Shown: positions 1 through 8,406 of the stretch, piece by piece
How the letters are laid out: each line of letters begins with the position of its first letter
Position numbering within the stretch: the first letter of the stretch is position 1
Origin: a virus
Taxonomy: Duplodnaviria; Caudoviricetes
DNA: 51,635 nucleotides
Strand: one strand, 5' to 3'
IMG/VR virus record: IMGVR_UViG_3300033388_001284
Coordinates: 1 to 51,635 of that record
Notes under the pieces: generated by a model
Seen by the model: only the letters and a program-made list of their open reading frames with translations
What the model was told of the DNA's origin: nothing
Database searches by the model: none
Translations under genes and position numbers: made by a program

Positions 1-114
1 AATATAAAAATACTCCGGCAATGAGCCAGGGTCAAGTAACGAGTTAGGCATGTCAGTTAACCACCATTCATCTCGCTTTAGTCCTGCAGTTGTCAAGAAG
101 TCAGCAACAAACTC
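1..114. repeat. 114-bp terminal direct repeat (copy 1); indicates circular assembly
   Basis: 1-114 is identical to 51522-51635, and a minus-strand ORF reads in frame through the junction. Confidence 0.95.
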
Positions 115-498
115 GCTACATATTACGAATCTATTACCTTCAAACCACTTGGCATTTACTTTTCGTAGTACATGGACAAATAGGAAACCTATTAAGTTAG
201 CCCATGAATAACCTTTTATTTTTGGTACTGTCTTGTTTGCCCATGCTACAGCATCCAACAGCTGCGTATATTTAAAAGTATCCAGTACTTCACCACGCCA
301 TACGTCAATTCCATCTAAAGACTCTATTTTTTGGTGTCCTATATGGAACGGATCGATGTTTATAATCAATCCATCTCCTACATATATTGCACTGTGGTAA
401 TACTTCTTTCTTGTGACTGTCCTTATCACCCAAGGAATAAACCCTTTAGCATCCCTGTATAGTAATGTATCGCCTATTGCTAATTGTGAAATGTTCAT
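1..498 (-). CDS. Permuted papain-like (YaeF/YiiX, NlpC/P60-type) amidase, 170 aa; crosses the contig junction, stop at 51507-51509
   Basis: Hand translation from ATG 498 (GGGAGG RBS): MNISQLAIGDTLLYR..KYYHSAIYVG..VICSEFVADF..KRIG*; GD / H-S-A-I-Y / C-S-E order is that of permuted papain enzymes; absent from the ORF track. Confidence 0.75.
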   Translation of the reverse strand, partial: MNISQLAIGDTLLYRDAKGFIPWVIRTVTRKKYYHSAIYVGDGLIINIDPFHIGHQKIESLDGIDVWRGEVLDTFKYTQLLDAVAWANKTVPKIKGYSWANLIGFLFVHVLRKVNAKWFEGNRFVICSEFVADFLTTAGLKRDEWWLTDMPNSLLDPGSLPEYFYI

Positions 499-507
499 TA
501 TTCCTCC

Positions 508-729
508 CTAGTTTATAATAACGCAGTTTACTACTTTATCATCTATGTCGGTATATACATCCAAGTCTGACCACGTAGAAGTACCTATGTCATCACTAAA
601 AGCTGGTCTAGGCCCTTCCATAAGATAAGTCGTGTACTGGGATGCTTCATCAGAGATACATTCTACATTACCATGTTTTTCTAGTATCTCCTCTAACTTA
701 CTGATATATTCTTTTAGTTTCATAGTCAC
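508..729 (-). CDS. Hypothetical phage protein
   Basis: ORF tightly packed in the leftward operon. Confidence 0.6.
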   Translation of the reverse strand: MTMKLKEYISKLEEILEKHGNVECISDEASQYTTYLMEGPRPAFSDDIGTSTWSDLDVYTDIDDKVVNCVIIN

Positions 730-1364
730 CTACCAAGTATTAAATTTGTTTTCATACACATCATACAGTGTGCCGTATTGTGTTGTCAAAGTATCGCTTA
801 CTCTATGCTCTTTTAAGAAGCTAATAACATTAGCTACCCTGTTCACAAGGTCCTCTTCCAGCTTACCAAAATCATCAATGTGTACATCTATTGGGTGCAT
901 AGCATCCACCTTATTTTCTTTTCCCCAGACAGCCACAAGATACCTGAAGTTTGCTATTTGTTCGTTATGACAATAAATCATGTGTTGAACTGATTCGACA
1001 TACTTTGATCTTTTATACTTGCCGGTTGTTTTGATATCTATAATAAGATCTTCAAACCAAACGTCCATTTTACCCCAGAAGTTGTATTTATCACCGTTCA
1101 CGACAAGAATTGACTTAGTAACCTTCTGGAATTCTCCACCGTTACAGGCTTTACAAACATTTATAAAATGTTCACTTGTTGTCAGTAAATCAATCTTGTT
1201 TGCTTCAACCACTCTCTGTACTGCGTTCTCGAAGTCAAAACCTCCCAAGGGATACGTGCAAGTTGGTTGTACAACCCTTGCTCTGCGCTCTCTGCCCATG
1301 TTGGGGGAGCGTTCTTTAAAAACTCTACCGAACTTATCAGGCTTGCACTCATTCTATTTGCCAT
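730..1364 (-). pseudogene. PD-(D/E)XK (Cas4/RecB-like) exonuclease split by a -1 frameshift near 1240-1250
   Basis: N-part MANRMSASLISS..LARIPWE lies in one frame; GFDFEN..GKMDV..IIDIKTT..QH..Y (nuclease motifs) lies in the -1 frame. Confidence 0.65.
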
Positions 1365-1749
1365 GTTTTTCACACTCCCAGTTTACATGAGCGATACAAG
1401 AAAAACATGGTTCTTCAGCACCTTCTAATACGTCATATTTACATAGCCCACAAATTTTAGCACACTCACACTGTTGGTCATCCTTATACATAAGAGCGAT
1501 ACAATACCACATGACCTGTGCCAAGTTGTAATTGTCACTTGTCGGATCGTCATCTATCTGTTTGCCCTCTTCGTACTGTGTCCAGTGCCTTAGTAATCCT
1601 GCCTTTAATCTGTCTTTATCTAACCCTTGCCAATTGTTGTCCTCGTATTTCTTAGCCCCATAAGTGTACGTCTTTACCAGTCTCTTGATATATTTCCAAG
1701 GGAGCAAATCCCATCGGTCTTTTCCTTCATCATGTTTGATACCTGTCAT
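1354..1749 (-). CDS. dATP/dGTP diphosphohydrolase-domain (DUF5664-like) protein with Cys-rich C-terminal tail
   Basis: GIKHDEGKDRWDLLP..TYGAKKYEDNNW..LLRH signature; tail CGLC..PCFSC. Confidence 0.8.
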   Translation of the reverse strand: MTGIKHDEGKDRWDLLPWKYIKRLVKTYTYGAKKYEDNNWQGLDKDRLKAGLLRHWTQYEEGKQIDDDPTSDNYNLAQVMWYCIALMYKDDQQCECAKICGLCKYDVLEGAEEPCFSCIAHVNWECEKHGK

Positions 1750-1964
1750 CTATTTCTCCATCAACATATTTTGAAAAACTTCTTCACGGTTTTTCTTTAT
1801 TTTATTTCTAACTTTATCCCACTTTCTTTTTTTCATTATCACCTTTTCGACTGCGTTTTTTTCTGGCATTCTTAAAACTCCTTTTGTTATTTTGTTACTG
1901 TCATATATAATGACTATATCATACATTTTAAAATCGGTTATACTTTTTACATCATTCTTACACT

Positions 1965-2141
1965 TTATTCTGTACTACTCTCAGACGGAGTATGGGGCCA
2001 TTGTATACCCTCTGTTTTCTTGATAGGGGAGTAGTGGTCTATATTTTGTGAATACCTACTACAGTTGTTGCAAGGGAACTCATCTGCATCTGTATTATAG
2101 AAATATTCACATTCTGTGTTACATTCGAGCCCACTAAACAT
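1965..2141 (-). CDS. Small Cys-rich protein (58 aa)
   Basis: Hand translation MFSGLECNTECEY..FPCNNC; overlaps the stop of the upstream ORF. Confidence 0.55.
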   Translation of the reverse strand: MFSGLECNTECEYFYNTDADEFPCNNCSRYSQNIDHYSPIKKTEGIQWPHTPSESSTE

Positions 2142-2532
2142 CCTTAACTCCTAACTTCTTCATGAGTTTTTCTTTTTTCTGTTGCACTGTTTCATTCCAA
2201 GTTACCTGGGGACAGGCTTTTATCTTCTTAATGTTAACTCCTCTCTCTCCAGCTTTCCTACATAACAATGAACCATTAGCAGTTGCTACTAAGCCATCAC
2301 ATTTACCGCACTTCTCGATAATTGATTTGTCAGTCATAAGTATTAATCCTCTCTTTAAGTTTCTTTGTTTTTCTTTTTGCCACCGTCTTTTTGCGCAAAC
2401 CTCACAATACCAACCTAACTTTCCGGTATTTTTATTGACTCTTGCAGGGCATGCGCAGTCGTGACAGGTCCCATTATCACGTCTTTTCTTATCATAACTT
2501 TTTCTTATAGCTTTCTTTTCTACTTCGTTCAC
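2134..2532 (-). CDS. Basic Zn-finger-like hypothetical protein
   Basis: CHDC..CEVC..CGKC motifs; ATGA coupling to the upstream gene. Confidence 0.6.
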   Translation of the reverse strand: MNEVEKKAIRKSYDKKRRDNGTCHDCACPARVNKNTGKLGWYCEVCAKRRWQKEKQRNLKRGLILMTDKSIIEKCGKCDGLVATANGSLLCRKAGERGVNIKKIKACPQVTWNETVQQKKEKLMKKLGVKDV

Positions 2533-2951
2533 TTATATAACCTTACCTTTACCTTTATATTATTCTCCGATAGGGTACAATAATAGTAATCTTCATTATC
2601 ATACACTTCTATAGGAATGTTTCTAAACAAAAGCTTTCTATCATCACTCCACAATAAAAATCTTGCATCATAGGGATTATCATCATTGATACAGATCCAG
2701 AAAAACATAACTTCATTCTTAAAATAGTATCCTGTGAATGATTCGTCTGCTGTAAATTCATTACATCTTTTAAATGAATAAACATTCGTCAATTGTTCAT
2801 CAATATATGGTTGGATCATTACAACCTTTGTTTTCTGTTCGTGCTTTGTCATTTGCACATTGTCAATTGTTACGATGTTACTTGCATTAGTGCTACCTGC
2901 AAACATGTTACTTGACATTAAAGACAAAAATACTATTATCTTTTGTATCAT
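2529..2951 (-). CDS. Hypothetical protein with putative signal peptide
   Basis: GGAGG RBS; hydrophobic N-terminus. Confidence 0.6.
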   Translation of the reverse strand: MIQKIIVFLSLMSSNMFAGSTNASNIVTIDNVQMTKHEQKTKVVMIQPYIDEQLTNVYSFKRCNEFTADESFTGYYFKNEVMFFWICINDDNPYDARFLLWSDDRKLLFRNIPIEVYDNEDYYYCTLSENNIKVKVRLYK

Positions 2952-2954
2952 TTC

Positions 2955-3035
2955 TTAGTCCTCCGATTTAATTGCTATTATCATTGCTAAAATAGTAAGT
3001 AGTATAGTTATTGTTCCTATTATATATCCTGCCAT
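2955..3035 (-). CDS. Single-TM micro-protein (26 aa)
   Basis: MAGYIIGTITILLTILAMIIAIKSED*; TAATG coupling. Confidence 0.5.
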   Translation of the reverse strand: MAGYIIGTITILLTILAMIIAIKSED

Positions 3036-3247
3036 TAGTTACACTCCCTTAAATGTTTTCTTAGGTCTAGGTCTAGTAGTAATCTGCTATAATCCCTCTC
3101 CGATTGGTTGATCAGGTCGTTATTGTATTTATGTATAATACTTATTCTCTCCAGTTCAAGAACTGTAATATACTTACCATCAAAGTTGTACCCTTCCAGT
3201 TGCTGTCGAATGGGCAGTGCCAGTGTGTCATAGTTGATGTTTAGCAC
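3035..3247 (-). CDS. Hypothetical protein
   Basis: Packed operon ORF. Confidence 0.55.
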   Translation of the reverse strand: MLNINYDTLALPIRQQLEGYNFDGKYITVLELERISIIHKYNNDLINQSERDYSRLLLDLDLRKHLRECN

Positions 3248-3438
3248 AATTTACCATCCTTAATGTATTCCAGCAAAGATAAATCCTTTAAAGCGTCAAT
3301 TTTTAGGTCTCTAAGGCCCGTTACTACGTTGTTACTTGTCGCTGTTTTTAGATCTTTTTCTAGCCCCTTTAAAAACTTCTTTGTATTTTTTATTTTGTCA
3401 ATTAACCTTTGTTCTTGTGGTGTTCTTGGTATTTTCAT
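3241..3438 (-). CDS. Hypothetical protein
   Basis: GGGGATAAATAACATG start context. Confidence 0.6.
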   Translation of the reverse strand: MKIPRTPQEQRLIDKIKNTKKFLKGLEKDLKTATSNNVVTGLRDLKIDALKDLSLLEYIKDGKLC

Positions 3439-3439
3439 G

Positions 3440-3823
3440 TTATTTATCCCCCTCTAATGAAGTTATTATAAAATTTATATCTTCTTCATCATGGCTACAC
3501 TGTATAAGAGTTATTCCCCACTCACCATTTATTGGGTAGTACCCCTCAATATCTTTAATGGTGCGTTTTACTATTATTATATGCCAGTATCTACTTACTG
3601 GCTTAACCTCTGATGCCATATATTCCAAATATGTTTTAACATAATCACCGTCATTTATTTCTATATCTCTAGCACCATTAGGCCAGAATAGAACCTGTTC
3701 TTTTAATATAGATTCCATATTTTGACCTTCTCTAGTAAAACCAAAGTCGATTTCTATCTTCATGTTAAAAGTCTGATCTTCGTCCTCTATTTTAAATAGT
3801 TGTTTACCTATGTATTGCTTCAT
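3440..3823 (-). CDS. Hypothetical protein
   Basis: Same 18-bp start junction as the next gene. Confidence 0.65.
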   Translation of the reverse strand: MKQYIGKQLFKIEDEDQTFNMKIEIDFGFTREGQNMESILKEQVLFWPNGARDIEINDGDYVKTYLEYMASEVKPVSRYWHIIIVKRTIKDIEGYYPINGEWGITLIQCSHDEEDINFIITSLEGDK

Positions 3824-3824
3824 G

Positions 3825-4010
3825 TTATTTATCCCCTTTATTAAGTATTAAAACTACCAACAGTAAATTAAATATCAACATCACTGTTATTTTCACGATG
3901 GAAGAAATAAACAATAACTTTCCTCCAATAATATAATCCATCATGCAACTTGCCATTATTGACATGATCATTATTGTTATACATATAAACCACGTTATTT
4001 TATTTTTCAT
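3825..4010 (-). CDS. Small two-TM membrane protein
   Basis: Two hydrophobic stretches; GAGGGG RBS. Confidence 0.55.
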   Translation of the reverse strand: MKNKITWFICITIMIMSIMASCMMDYIIGGKLLFISSIVKITVMLIFNLLLVVLILNKGDK

Positions 4011-4106
4011 TCAATCCCCTCTAACCTTTAAATATATACAAGTGATAATCATTATTAGACCAATGACAATTGTCACTACTAAGTTTATTTTGTCAATTTC
4101 GTTCAT
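4011..4106 (-). CDS. Single-TM micro-protein (31 aa)
   Basis: MNEIDKINLVVTIVIGLIMIITCIYLKVRGD*; fills the gap exactly. Confidence 0.5.
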   Translation of the reverse strand: MNEIDKINLVVTIVIGLIMIITCIYLKVRGD

Positions 4107-4354
4107 TATTTAGCCTCTGCTCTTGGTAAATTATAATATATATCTCGCAGCTTCTCTAATTCTTCTTCTTCCAAGTTCAGCAATTCTATATTTTCATCTA
4201 TGACTTCACACTCCCCATTCCATAAAGCAGGACAACCGGAGTCACATCCACTAACTATCCCATATGTATGGCAATCCCCGTGGTTATGGCAATCACCGGA
4301 TAAATATTGTATTGTTCTTGAAAAGTCCATTTTCTCGTGATTTATTTTTCTCAT
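4106..4354 (-). CDS. Cys/His-rich hypothetical protein
   Basis: GDCHNHGDCHTYG..GCDSGCP..GEC; start moved to the ATG after a GAGGGG RBS. Confidence 0.6.
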   Translation of the reverse strand: MRKINHEKMDFSRTIQYLSGDCHNHGDCHTYGIVSGCDSGCPALWNGECEVIDENIELLNLEEEELEKLRDIYYNLPRAEAK

Positions 4355-4355
4355 T

Positions 4356-4715
4356 TTATATATCCCCCTCATTATTTAAAACACGGTATTCCCTGTTTTC
4401 TATCCAAGAATATTTGTTTACTTCTGCGTCAATCTTGTTGTATATAAATTCCCTTATCTTACTTTTATTTGTCCAGCTAGTGTACAATATCACGCTTATG
4501 ACATTATCATACCTAAATAATATCCTTGGTTCATTTATATAAACGTTTCCAGACACACGGTCAATTGTCGATTGTTTATGTATCGTACAAGGGTAATCAT
4601 TTTCTGTTATATAGCTGCTTTTAGTTTCCGTTAGAACCTTAATATCTTCTTTAGTTTCTAGATTTTCTTTGCCTTTTGTTATTACTATATGATAACAATA
4701 AATATGTTCTCTCAT
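4356..4715 (-). CDS. Hypothetical protein
   Basis: Packed operon ORF. Confidence 0.6.
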   Translation of the reverse strand: MREHIYCYHIVITKGKENLETKEDIKVLTETKSSYITENDYPCTIHKQSTIDRVSGNVYINEPRILFRYDNVISVILYTSWTNKSKIREFIYNKIDAEVNKYSWIENREYRVLNNEGDI

Positions 4716-5062
4716 TATTCACCATTCCTTAAATATCTTTTTAATATAATCTCCATTGCAAAGTTTATTCTATGTGCATCAATTGCAGAATCTTTTAAAT
4801 CCATTTGCCACTCGTCAAATGCCCAGGTTGTCCACTCCATATCTGTTATGTAGTCTTTTTCAAACAATTCTACCTTAATTGTTTTGGTTTCTGTATTAAG
4901 AAAGATATCAATTTGTATAATACTGCCTTCTGATTCCCATATGTATAAAGTTGCGTTAATTCGTGTATACTCACTCAAGTGTATACTTAGTTCCTGTAAA
5001 TAACTATCTATGTTAACAGGAAAATTGGTATTTATACTAGCGTCTAATGTTTTTTTGCTCAT
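4715..5062 (-). CDS. Hypothetical protein
   Basis: GGAGGAG RBS, ATGA coupling. Confidence 0.6.
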   Translation of the reverse strand: MSKKTLDASINTNFPVNIDSYLQELSIHLSEYTRINATLYIWESEGSIIQIDIFLNTETKTIKVELFEKDYITDMEWTTWAFDEWQMDLKDSAIDAHRINFAMEIILKRYLRNGE

Positions 5063-5385
5063 TTCTCTAACTCCTCCAACTGATTTCTTAAATCTTGTAT
5101 TTCTTGCTCATTAACTTCATTCTTAGTAAATAGCTCTTCAAAATCGTCTGTTACGCCTTGAATCTCTCTAACTTGCTCTTCATTCTCTTGCTCTAATTCA
5201 CTTTCTCTTTCTTCTAAATATTCAACGTCTTGTCTTAACTCATTTAGTATACCTGCTGTCAATTCCTCTCCGTCAATTGTCACTTGACAAAAAGAAGTAT
5301 GTACTTCTATCTCTGTTTCAATGTCAGTAAACTGTGTTACTTTTAACCCTGTTCTGTCTATCGAATGTTTAATGTTAATTGTCAT
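5059..5385 (-). CDS. Acidic coiled-coil protein
   Basis: Glu-rich heptads in the C-terminal half; AAGGGG RBS. Confidence 0.65.
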   Translation of the reverse strand: MTINIKHSIDRTGLKVTQFTDIETEIEVHTSFCQVTIDGEELTAGILNELRQDVEYLEERESELEQENEEQVREIQGVTDDFEELFTKNEVNEQEIQDLRNQLEELEK

Positions 5386-5395
5386 TTTATCCCCT

Positions 5396-5695
5396 TTAAA
5401 TATAATAGGTCTCCATTTGGTTTAGGTACTCTAACAGGCTTACCACCATGTTTTTTATTGCTTCGGTAACTTTTACTTTCATACTATACAAAAGTAATGA
5501 TATATCGTTCTTAATGGTGTTTAGAGTTGAAGCCCTTGACACTTGCCGACCGTCAATTTCTAGTGTATACCTGACAATTGTCTTTGTGTTCATTCGTGAA
5601 ACTATATCGTTTAATTGAAAGTTTACCTCTTTTTCTCTTAACTGTTTGTCCTGTCGTTCTTTACGTCTGATTGTTCTTTTCATAGTACACTCCAT
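5396..5695 (-). CDS. Hypothetical protein
   Basis: Packed operon ORF. Confidence 0.55.
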   Translation of the reverse strand: MECTMKRTIRRKERQDKQLREKEVNFQLNDIVSRMNTKTIVRYTLEIDGRQVSRASTLNTIKNDISLLLYSMKVKVTEAIKNMVVSLLEYLNQMETYYI

Positions 5696-5868
5696 AAAAA
5701 TTTAATTACTTTCAATACTCCAACAATTAACATAGTTCCCAAAGATAATTTACCTATGAGAACACCTATTGTTCCTATAATATATTCCTCGTTATAATCA
5801 ATAAGGTATAGTATTACACCTGCAAGACAAGCCCCAAAACACAATATGATTATTAGTATAAACTCCAT
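5680..5868 (-). CDS. Small two-TM membrane protein
   Basis: Two hydrophobic segments; AAGGGG RBS. Confidence 0.55.
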   Translation of the reverse strand: MEFILIIILCFGACLAGVILYLIDYNEEYIIGTIGVLIGKLSLGTMLIVGVLKVIKFLWSVL

Positions 5869-5881
5869 ATTACACCCCTTT

Positions 5882-5974
5882 TTAATGTTTTATAACTGAA
5901 ATAATTACTAGAGTTATACATATTATTGCTGAACTCATAATCATCCCAAATGATATACTTTCTGCTATTGTCAT
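5882..5974 (-). CDS. Single-TM micro-protein (30 aa)
   Basis: MTIAESISFGMIMSSAIICITLVIISVIKH*; AAGGGGAG RBS. Confidence 0.5.
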   Translation of the reverse strand: MTIAESISFGMIMSSAIICITLVIISVIKH

Positions 5975-6087
5975 TTTCTCCCCTTCAGTTTATAATAATC
6001 TTTTGTTATTACTATTCTTTTACACGCGACGCAGGGCCAAGCATACGTCCCCTGTTCTCTATATTCACAGCCATGACAACAATGCAT
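5971..6087 (-). CDS. Cys4 micro-protein (38 aa)
   Basis: MHCCHGCEYREQGTYAWPCVACKR..; AAGGGG RBS. Confidence 0.55.
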   Translation of the reverse strand: MHCCHGCEYREQGTYAWPCVACKRIVITKDYYKLKGRK

Positions 6088-6088
6088 T

Positions 6089-6271
6089 TTACACCCCTTT
6101 AATTAAATAGTTTGTATCACTTAATATATCTTGATAGCCTAGTAACTGGTTATCAGTAGTCCTAAATATTGCATTGACTAACTTATTCTTGATAGTGGTC
6201 ATTTTAGATCGGTTAGGGTGATAGTTTACCACCCTGTTAAATACTTTATCGTTTACTTTGCTAGTTGTCAT
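6089..6271 (-). CDS. Hypothetical protein
   Basis: GAGGAG RBS, ATGA coupling. Confidence 0.55.
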   Translation of the reverse strand: MTTSKVNDKVFNRVVNYHPNRSKMTTIKNKLVNAIFRTTDNQLLGYQDILSDTNYLIKGV

Positions 6272-6507
6272 TTGATCTCCTCACACCTTTTATTAAATCC
6301 TTCAATAATATCATCCATGAAATCTTCGGATAGTATCATTACTTGATCTTCTATTTCTTTTAAATAGTTGTAGTACACCTTGTCTTGAAAGTCTCCTGTA
6401 TAATAATCAGATCGATAATCCACATAAGCAGATTTTAGCCAATCTTTTGCAGCTAACAAATGTATCTTGACAATTGCCTTTGCTATTTCTACCTCGTTTA
6501 ATCCCAT
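6268..6507 (-). CDS. Hypothetical protein
   Basis: AAGGGG RBS. Confidence 0.6.
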   Translation of the reverse strand: MGLNEVEIAKAIVKIHLLAAKDWLKSAYVDYRSDYYTGDFQDKVYYNYLKEIEDQVMILSEDFMDDIIEGFNKRCEEIK

Positions 6508-6553
6508 GTTATTTTCCCCTTATTGTTTTTGTTTATTGTTTATTGTTTATTGT

Positions 6554-6988
6554 CTATTCGCTAATACTATTCCAAAAATGCTGTAATAACTTTGGAAGTG
6601 TGTCACTTGCCAGTTTTTCAGCGTATTTAGTATCTTGAACCGTGTCTTTTAATGGGTGAGTCATCATATAACTGCCTCCTCTATATAATACTGCGTAAGT
6701 ATTCTTTAAGGCATAAATTGTCAAAACCTGTTCACAAAATGCCCATAGATTTTCTTTTATGGTAGGTGTTAATGTGTAATCTTCTGTTAAAGCATCAAAC
6801 ATATTTATATTTCTATCATTCGCATAACTATTTAAATGATAGTGTTGTCTATTATTACCAAGATGCCCGAAAGACCAATACCAATCACAATCCCATGTTG
6901 GTTTAGTGATATATACTCTTTCTCCAGTCTCTTTTAATGTACCTAAATATATTTTGTCTTCGCCTTCTATCTTTTTTGTATTTTCCAT
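6554..6988 (-). CDS. Hypothetical phage protein
   Basis: AAGGCGG RBS; WDCDWYWSFG motif. Confidence 0.7.
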   Translation of the reverse strand: MENTKKIEGEDKIYLGTLKETGERVYITKPTWDCDWYWSFGHLGNNRQHYHLNSYANDRNINMFDALTEDYTLTPTIKENLWAFCEQVLTIYALKNTYAVLYRGGSYMMTHPLKDTVQDTKYAEKLASDTLPKLLQHFWNSISE

Positions 6989-7047
6989 ATCATCCGCCTT
7001 ATTATTTTTGTTTATTATTTTGTTTTTCTACCTCGTTTAATCCCATG

Positions 7048-8067
7048 TTAATTATTATCCTTTTCATCATCCATCACCACTGAAATGTAATCAATATTAT
7101 CATGATTTATAAAAACCATACCATTTAACTTATATACTGTTATATCCTGTTTATTTATATTTATATAATTTAACAGGTTTTTATAATTACACCTCGCCGG
7201 AGTCAATAAAGATCCTGTTTTTATTGCCTCCGATTCAATAATATTATGAACTAATTTATTATTATATAATGTAATACAATAATCTTCCTTAGATAATTTA
7301 TCAATAATGTTCAAAGTCTCTGATAGATTACTATAATCCAATTTAATATAATCCTCTGGTAAATCATCCGGCATTATTTTTGATATATCAGGAAAATTAA
7401 TACTTAGAGTTTTACAATGAATTACTAAATCACCTGTTTTAATCATTGCTTGTAAATTACTAATTTTTACTTGGCAATTGCCAAGGGGGTAAAATATAAA
7501 TGTGGGTAAATTTACTTGTAATTCGTCAATATCGCTGTTATAAGCCTGTTTTATAACTCTTGTTAATTGCCTGCCATCAGTTGATGCAATATCAAGATTA
7601 TTAGCTTTATTAAAGTTTAATACTTTTTCAAATCTAGAACCTTTATTTGTGCATACCGTAGAAAGTAGGTTTTTTACTTCCAACTCTTTTAAATCTACTG
7701 TATAATCAAATTTATCCAACATCTGGAGATCAAAAGTATCGTAAAATTTTGACGGTTTAATATTAGTACTCAATTTTATAATTTTAGACCCTGTTATAAT
7801 ACTATTATCCGTTAATTCAATAGTATCTGTTTTAATTACTGATAATGCTTTACTCACGAAGTCAATACTATAAAGATTTTTTCCAAGAGCCGCTTGGTGT
7901 ATATCCTTAGTAATATATTTTACATTACCAAGATATCCATTTTCTTTATCTATTATTACAGTGCTAATATTACCAACACTATTGACCCAAAAATATCTCT
8001 CTTTATCAGTATTATACTTTTTTAACATAGTTAACGCTTTTTTAAATTCTCTAGTTTTTATTATCAT
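7048..8067 (-). CDS. Divergent DNA polymerase III beta-clamp-like protein
   Basis: IASTDGRQL and FPDISKIMP resemble DnaN motifs (ATDGxRL, FPxYxxVIP); ~340 aa; start at the ATG after AAGGTGG. Confidence 0.6.
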   Translation of the reverse strand: MIIKTREFKKALTMLKKYNTDKERYFWVNSVGNISTVIIDKENGYLGNVKYITKDIHQAALGKNLYSIDFVSKALSVIKTDTIELTDNSIITGSKIIKLSTNIKPSKFYDTFDLQMLDKFDYTVDLKELEVKNLLSTVCTNKGSRFEKVLNFNKANNLDIASTDGRQLTRVIKQAYNSDIDELQVNLPTFIFYPLGNCQVKISNLQAMIKTGDLVIHCKTLSINFPDISKIMPDDLPEDYIKLDYSNLSETLNIIDKLSKEDYCITLYNNKLVHNIIESEAIKTGSLLTPARCNYKNLLNYININKQDITVYKLNGMVFINHDNIDYISVVMDDEKDNN

Positions 8068-8098
8068 GTTATCCACCTTATTATTTTTATTTATAATT

Positions 8099-8349
8099 CT
8101 ATTGTTGGTTTATTTTAAAGTAATCTTGTTTATACCAATTACTATTGTCGCCGGATTCATCAAAATACTGTGCTAGATGAGTGTCTTTGTTATAGTATGG
8201 TTTGTTACCACAAATGTTTATATATTTCATTTCAGGACGATTCTCAGCGTTGTCTTTAAGTCTTTACATTCAAATACCAATTTGTTTATCTTACCTTCAG
8301 CCGTTCCCCAACCACCCATAAAACTATCTGTCATTGTTACATAATACAT
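8099..8349 (-). pseudogene. Small phage gene split by a -1 frameshift near 8257
   Basis: MYYVTMTDSFMGGWGTAEGKINKLVFECKDL stops at 8227; the -1 frame continues KDNAENRPEMKYINICGNKPYY..WYKQDYFKINQQ*. Confidence 0.55.
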
Positions 8350-8353
8350 ATTG

Positions 8354-8403
8354 TCCACCTTATTAGTTAATCTTTATTTAGTCGGTATCATATACCGCTT
8401 GTT
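8354..8403. repeat. 50-bp direct repeat copy 1 (leader/RBS cassette)
   Basis: Identical to 8717-8766; contains a CGGTAT-CAT-ATACCG hairpin and the AAGGTGG RBS on the minus strand. Confidence 0.9.
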
Positions 8404-8406
8404 TGT

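Noticed and set aside
1-114. Terminal repeat as a biological DTR
   Set aside because: It falls mid-gene and the ORF reads through it; more simply an assembly overlap of a circular or permuted genome
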